From: Nemertoderma westbladi
Taxonomy: Eukaryota > Animalia > Xenacoelomorpha
Length of the DNA: 64,000 nt
Direction: 5' to 3'
NCBI GenBank assembly: GCA_032718475.1
Contig: JAUCBJ010008277.1
Span: forward strand, 4,191 to 68,190
Shown piece after piece: positions 60,141 through 64,000 of this stretch (its first letter is position 1; each line of letters opens with the position of its first letter). Below the pieces are notes generated by a model that was given only the letters and a program-made list of their open reading frames with translations, did not search any database and was not told the origin of the DNA. The translations under genes and the position numbers were made by a program.

Positions 60141-63039
60141 CTGCAATTAATATTTTTAAGAGTATGTCTTTCACATTAATTTGTGATGATCTGTGAATAT
60201 TGAATAATATTATTAAAATCAAACAAACTGAAACTATTAATGATGTAAATAAACAATTATGTTTATTAATTATAATTGTCTTGTTATATAATAATATTTA
60301 ATATTGTTTGTTACGACATTTGTTTTTATTTATTAATTACCAGATGTTAATTTTAACAAAATAAGTAAGTCCAACTTTTACAATAATTTATCATTCGAAG
60401 AATTGTTGACTTCATAATCTGTTTAGCGAGATAGGTGTAACATTTTATAAGTTGTTTTTCTATTTTAAATTCCCCATGGCGTCTATAAATCTATGTCTCT
60501 AACAATCTGGTTGGTCTAATGAAATGCCATGAAAGCCAACGCAAACATAGACTGGCATTATTTTGTTTAATCACATTAGGGAAAAGTTATACCAGTCAGC
60601 GAGAACATTTAATATAATTGAAACAAATAACTGTGTTGTTAAAAAAAATGGTGATTTAGACAGTTTAGCCAGCATTGCAAACATTGGGATAATACTAGCT
60701 CTACAATATAGTTGTCTCAATGAATGATTGACATGTATATCGTATTTGGGTAACGGATTGGTATAAATCCTGTCTTAACAAACTATATCTATACCAAAGC
60801 AATGTGATCCGCGAATCGATAGACTACTGTATACATTTTCGTAGTTGTTTCTAACTGCTCGACAGTTTATACATATTATATTATGCCTAACTGAACTGGT
60901 AATTAATAAATTAAATTAGTATTGTAACTTTCATTCACAATTTATTCTACACGTTTCTGCTGGAGATGGTTATATAAAGTGTATTTATTGTAGGCCTACG
61001 TATATGGCTGGAAGTTAAAAACATAAAATGTTATATCACCCCTATTCTATGCAATTAACTTATGTGGCTCGCCCCATAATATACTTTATTTGGCTATGCG
61101 CTGTAAATATTGCCTCTGTTGTTGTTTTATGTCGTATTGTTTACTCTTATTATTCGGATATTATACATTTACACTGATGTTACTATGACAGTTTATGTTA
61201 ATATATTAATGAGTATTAGGAAAAATAATACATAGTGCGATGTTGTTATCCTTTTATTTTGTATTTACTATCCCGTCCTTAGGGGGGTTGGTGTTGTTTT
61301 ATACCAAAATATCGTGCTAAAACCCTACCGAACCGCCATGGTTTCCACTACCTCGCCTGTTCAACTGGTACCCCTTTCCACGATCTGTCGGTGCGATGTA
61401 TGTGCAAATATTGTAGGAACTCATCCGAGGATAAATACCATACGCTCTCAACTGCGCTTCATGTCCCTCCATAGCAGACCTCGCTAACCAACAAAACAAC
61501 TAATTGTTCACTTCTCGCGATAATTTTATTTAATAATTTTAATTAATAGTTTGCCAGTAGATTATTTTAATAAAATTTTATCTATTTTAAAAGAATTAAA
61601 ATCTTTTACCCCGTTAGGGGTGGTGTACCTTGTTAAAAAAAACCTACCGAAGATTTCTCATTTCAGAATTCTAATAGTCTGGGCCTTCAATGCCGCCATA
61701 GTTAACATAACAATGAGGTAATTAATAAAAATATGTTTATCTGAAAATGAGACAATAATTAACGACAAAGGCTTAGGAATGAAGAACTGACTAGACAGAT
61801 ATTTCTAAGTACTTGAAACATGAAACTTATTTGTCTTTTGGATGAAGTTTCTCATGTCGCTTCAAAATCGATTTAGTTTCAATAGTAATAACCTCTAATC
61901 GTAAATATGTTTTCAAAGATATTGATGGGAGGTAATTACTGTACTGTAAGTGATAAAGAACTCCAATCAGCTGTTTATTTAAACAACAATGTAACACATT
62001 CCTTCTATCTGGCAATGAATCATATACTACACCGAAAATTTTTAGCTTATAGTTCGTATGCAGGCAGAAGTAAAAGAGTAAACAACCAATAAATTGTAAG
62101 GGATTATTCGACTGAACGTTGTTACCCTTAAATAGAGCAATACCAGTCATAATTTACAGTTGGCACTTTTTTCGCAGTTTGTTCTTATATTATTTGTAAT
62201 GTCCGGTAGATAGAAAGTATAGACGTGGGGTGGGGTAAGCCACAAAGTGAGTAGTGATAGTGAACCTTAGCATTAGCATAGACTATATTACCGTATATAG
62301 TTTAAGTTTAGTGCTACTACTTTGATCAACCTTTTCACTGCATCTGAGAATAAGATTCATTTTTTTAACTCAACTCCAACTCGTTTAACAAATTTTTATA
62401 AAGCTTTGAGAGTTGACTAATTGAGCCAATTCGCTCAAAGTTGTTTTCGCTAAACACGACCAATTTTAACCTGAGCTTCCACACTATTGCGCACAACTGC
62501 CCATTTGCCCGGCATTAAATACTATTGTATGCTAGCCACCTTAGCATGTTATTTTATCAACTATTACAGTACCGTTACTTACGTATCTTTTGGTTCTAGT
62601 TTTGTGCGATTTTTTCAGTACAGTTCAGATAATTAAAGGGAACGTTATTATTTACTTTATATAAATTAATCCGAATCGATGGCAACTCTACGTTTACGTG
62701 GTAACCGAGAATATTTTTTAGTCATCTTACTAATGACGTTTACGGGTAAGTTAGTTTTGTTATTTATTATTTGACTTGTTTTATTTTACTGTCGTATTTG
62801 GCACCCCCTCCCCCGGGGGGGGGGGGGGGGGGGGGGATGTAAATTGTAACTGATCAATAGTAAAAGGCCGTAAAATTTGTATATAATATGTATTAGTTAT
62901 GTAAAATAAATATTAATTAAATTATAAGTATATTTGATTGGGGCATTGGGAGAGTGGAGGGCTTAATCAATCTGACTATAAAGCCCTGTGGCCATTTGGG
63001 GTTTGGTGGCCTGTAGATAGTTAAAATGTATTATATAAT

Positions 63040-63270
63040 AGAATAATGAATCAACATCGCAGGTTGTCTAAGATGGACAACGAGGAGCTGGGGGTGCACT
63101 TCAGGGCATTGTAGAAGTTGTCACAGCCGTGAGCGCAGAAACTGCTACGGACTCTGGGGTTCGCGTATGGAAGGGTCGGCGGTTACGGCATAGTTTATGA
63201 TCTACATTCGCTGATAAGAAACGGTTTGAATTTTTGAAATCCTCATAAGATAATATTTCCCCGCTGCTTC
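63040..63270 (-). mobile_element. CR1/L2-like LINE 3'-end relic
   Basis: Minus-strand translation PYANPRVRSSFCAHGCDNFYNAL...SSSLSILDNL resembles the conserved C-terminus of CR1/L2 ORF2. Confidence 0.4.
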
Positions 63271-64000
63271 ACTCGATAAATGTAAATTAATAAATAAAAT
63301 AAATTGCTTTTTCGTCCATTTTGACAAGGACTACACACGAAGTCTGACCTGAAACTGCTACTCATTCGCCGGCCATTTAATGGAGACAGTTCATGCGTTA
63401 GTAGACACGGAGCTTTGAGCGATGTCTCGTTTGTTTAAGGGGGGGGTACACCATTTTGGTCAAAAATATGTCAAATTTTTTTTATGATCTATTATAATGC
63501 ACCATTGAATTGTGTTTCCAAATCTGAAAACCGCTATTTAATAGCTCTTTTAGTTTTTAAGTTATAACAATTTCCATTTAGGGATTCCTATTAAATTACT
63601 ATTACTATGTATAATGAAAGGTCGATTATCTCAAAATATTTTTTTTATGAAATTGTCAACTTCAAAACCCTACTACTTCTACAATTTTGAGGAATTAGTC
63701 TGCAACTTTCTGTGCGCTATGTGTCTACATAGCCATCTCCGGCACAAAAGTATCAGACAACTTTTCGTCAACTTTCGATTTCTTATCAGACAATTTATCA
63801 AACAAATTTTTGAAAATTTTTTATTAATAAAATTTAATACTATTTATAACAAACCTAAAAATTTGGCATTGATTTGCTGCGCCACCTAGCGGTGCAGAAT
63901 TATTTTCACAAAATTTCGCCTGATAGTTATGTTGCCCCATCTTGGATCTATCATGTAAAAAATCTTTCATGTGATTAGATTCAAAACTGTAAAAGCCTTA

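Noticed and set aside
63434-64000. TTAA-flanked (Kolobok-like) MITE beginning TTAAGGGGGGGGTACAC
   Set aside because: No matching right terminus inside the window, so it cannot be supported.

Overview
AT-rich, repeat-dense genomic DNA from an invertebrate animal (spliceosomal GT-AG introns, non-LTR retrotransposon relics, MITEs, minisatellites); not prokaryotic. Recognisable genes are an intronless SET/TAF-I histone chaperone (5098-5916, +), an 8-exon RASSF1/3/5-type gene with C1, RA and SARAH domains reconstructed by hand (10340-34654, +; probable alternative first exon at 19438-20089), an intronless XK-related scramblase (38457-40028, -) and an intronless BAG3-like co-chaperone (57684-58679, +). 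Two unrecognised genes are nested antisense in RASSF introns (15100-16539; 26937-28857). The most striking structures are: (i) a 3.3-kb Foldback-like transposon with CAA-satellite arms and a perfect 9-bp TSD, inserted into a hairpin just upstream of XKR, with a second partial copy that preserves the empty site of a nested hAT MITE; (ii) a 46-bp minisatellite made from a RASSF exon/intron junction, giving about 15 tandem splice donors; (iii) a 27-bp satellite of about 79 units, most carrying an AP-1 consensus; (iv) a three-layer nest of DNA transposons at 2.2-4.75 kb. Most long low-complexity ORFs in the track are satellite translation artefacts. All homology calls come from motif recognition only; no searches were run.
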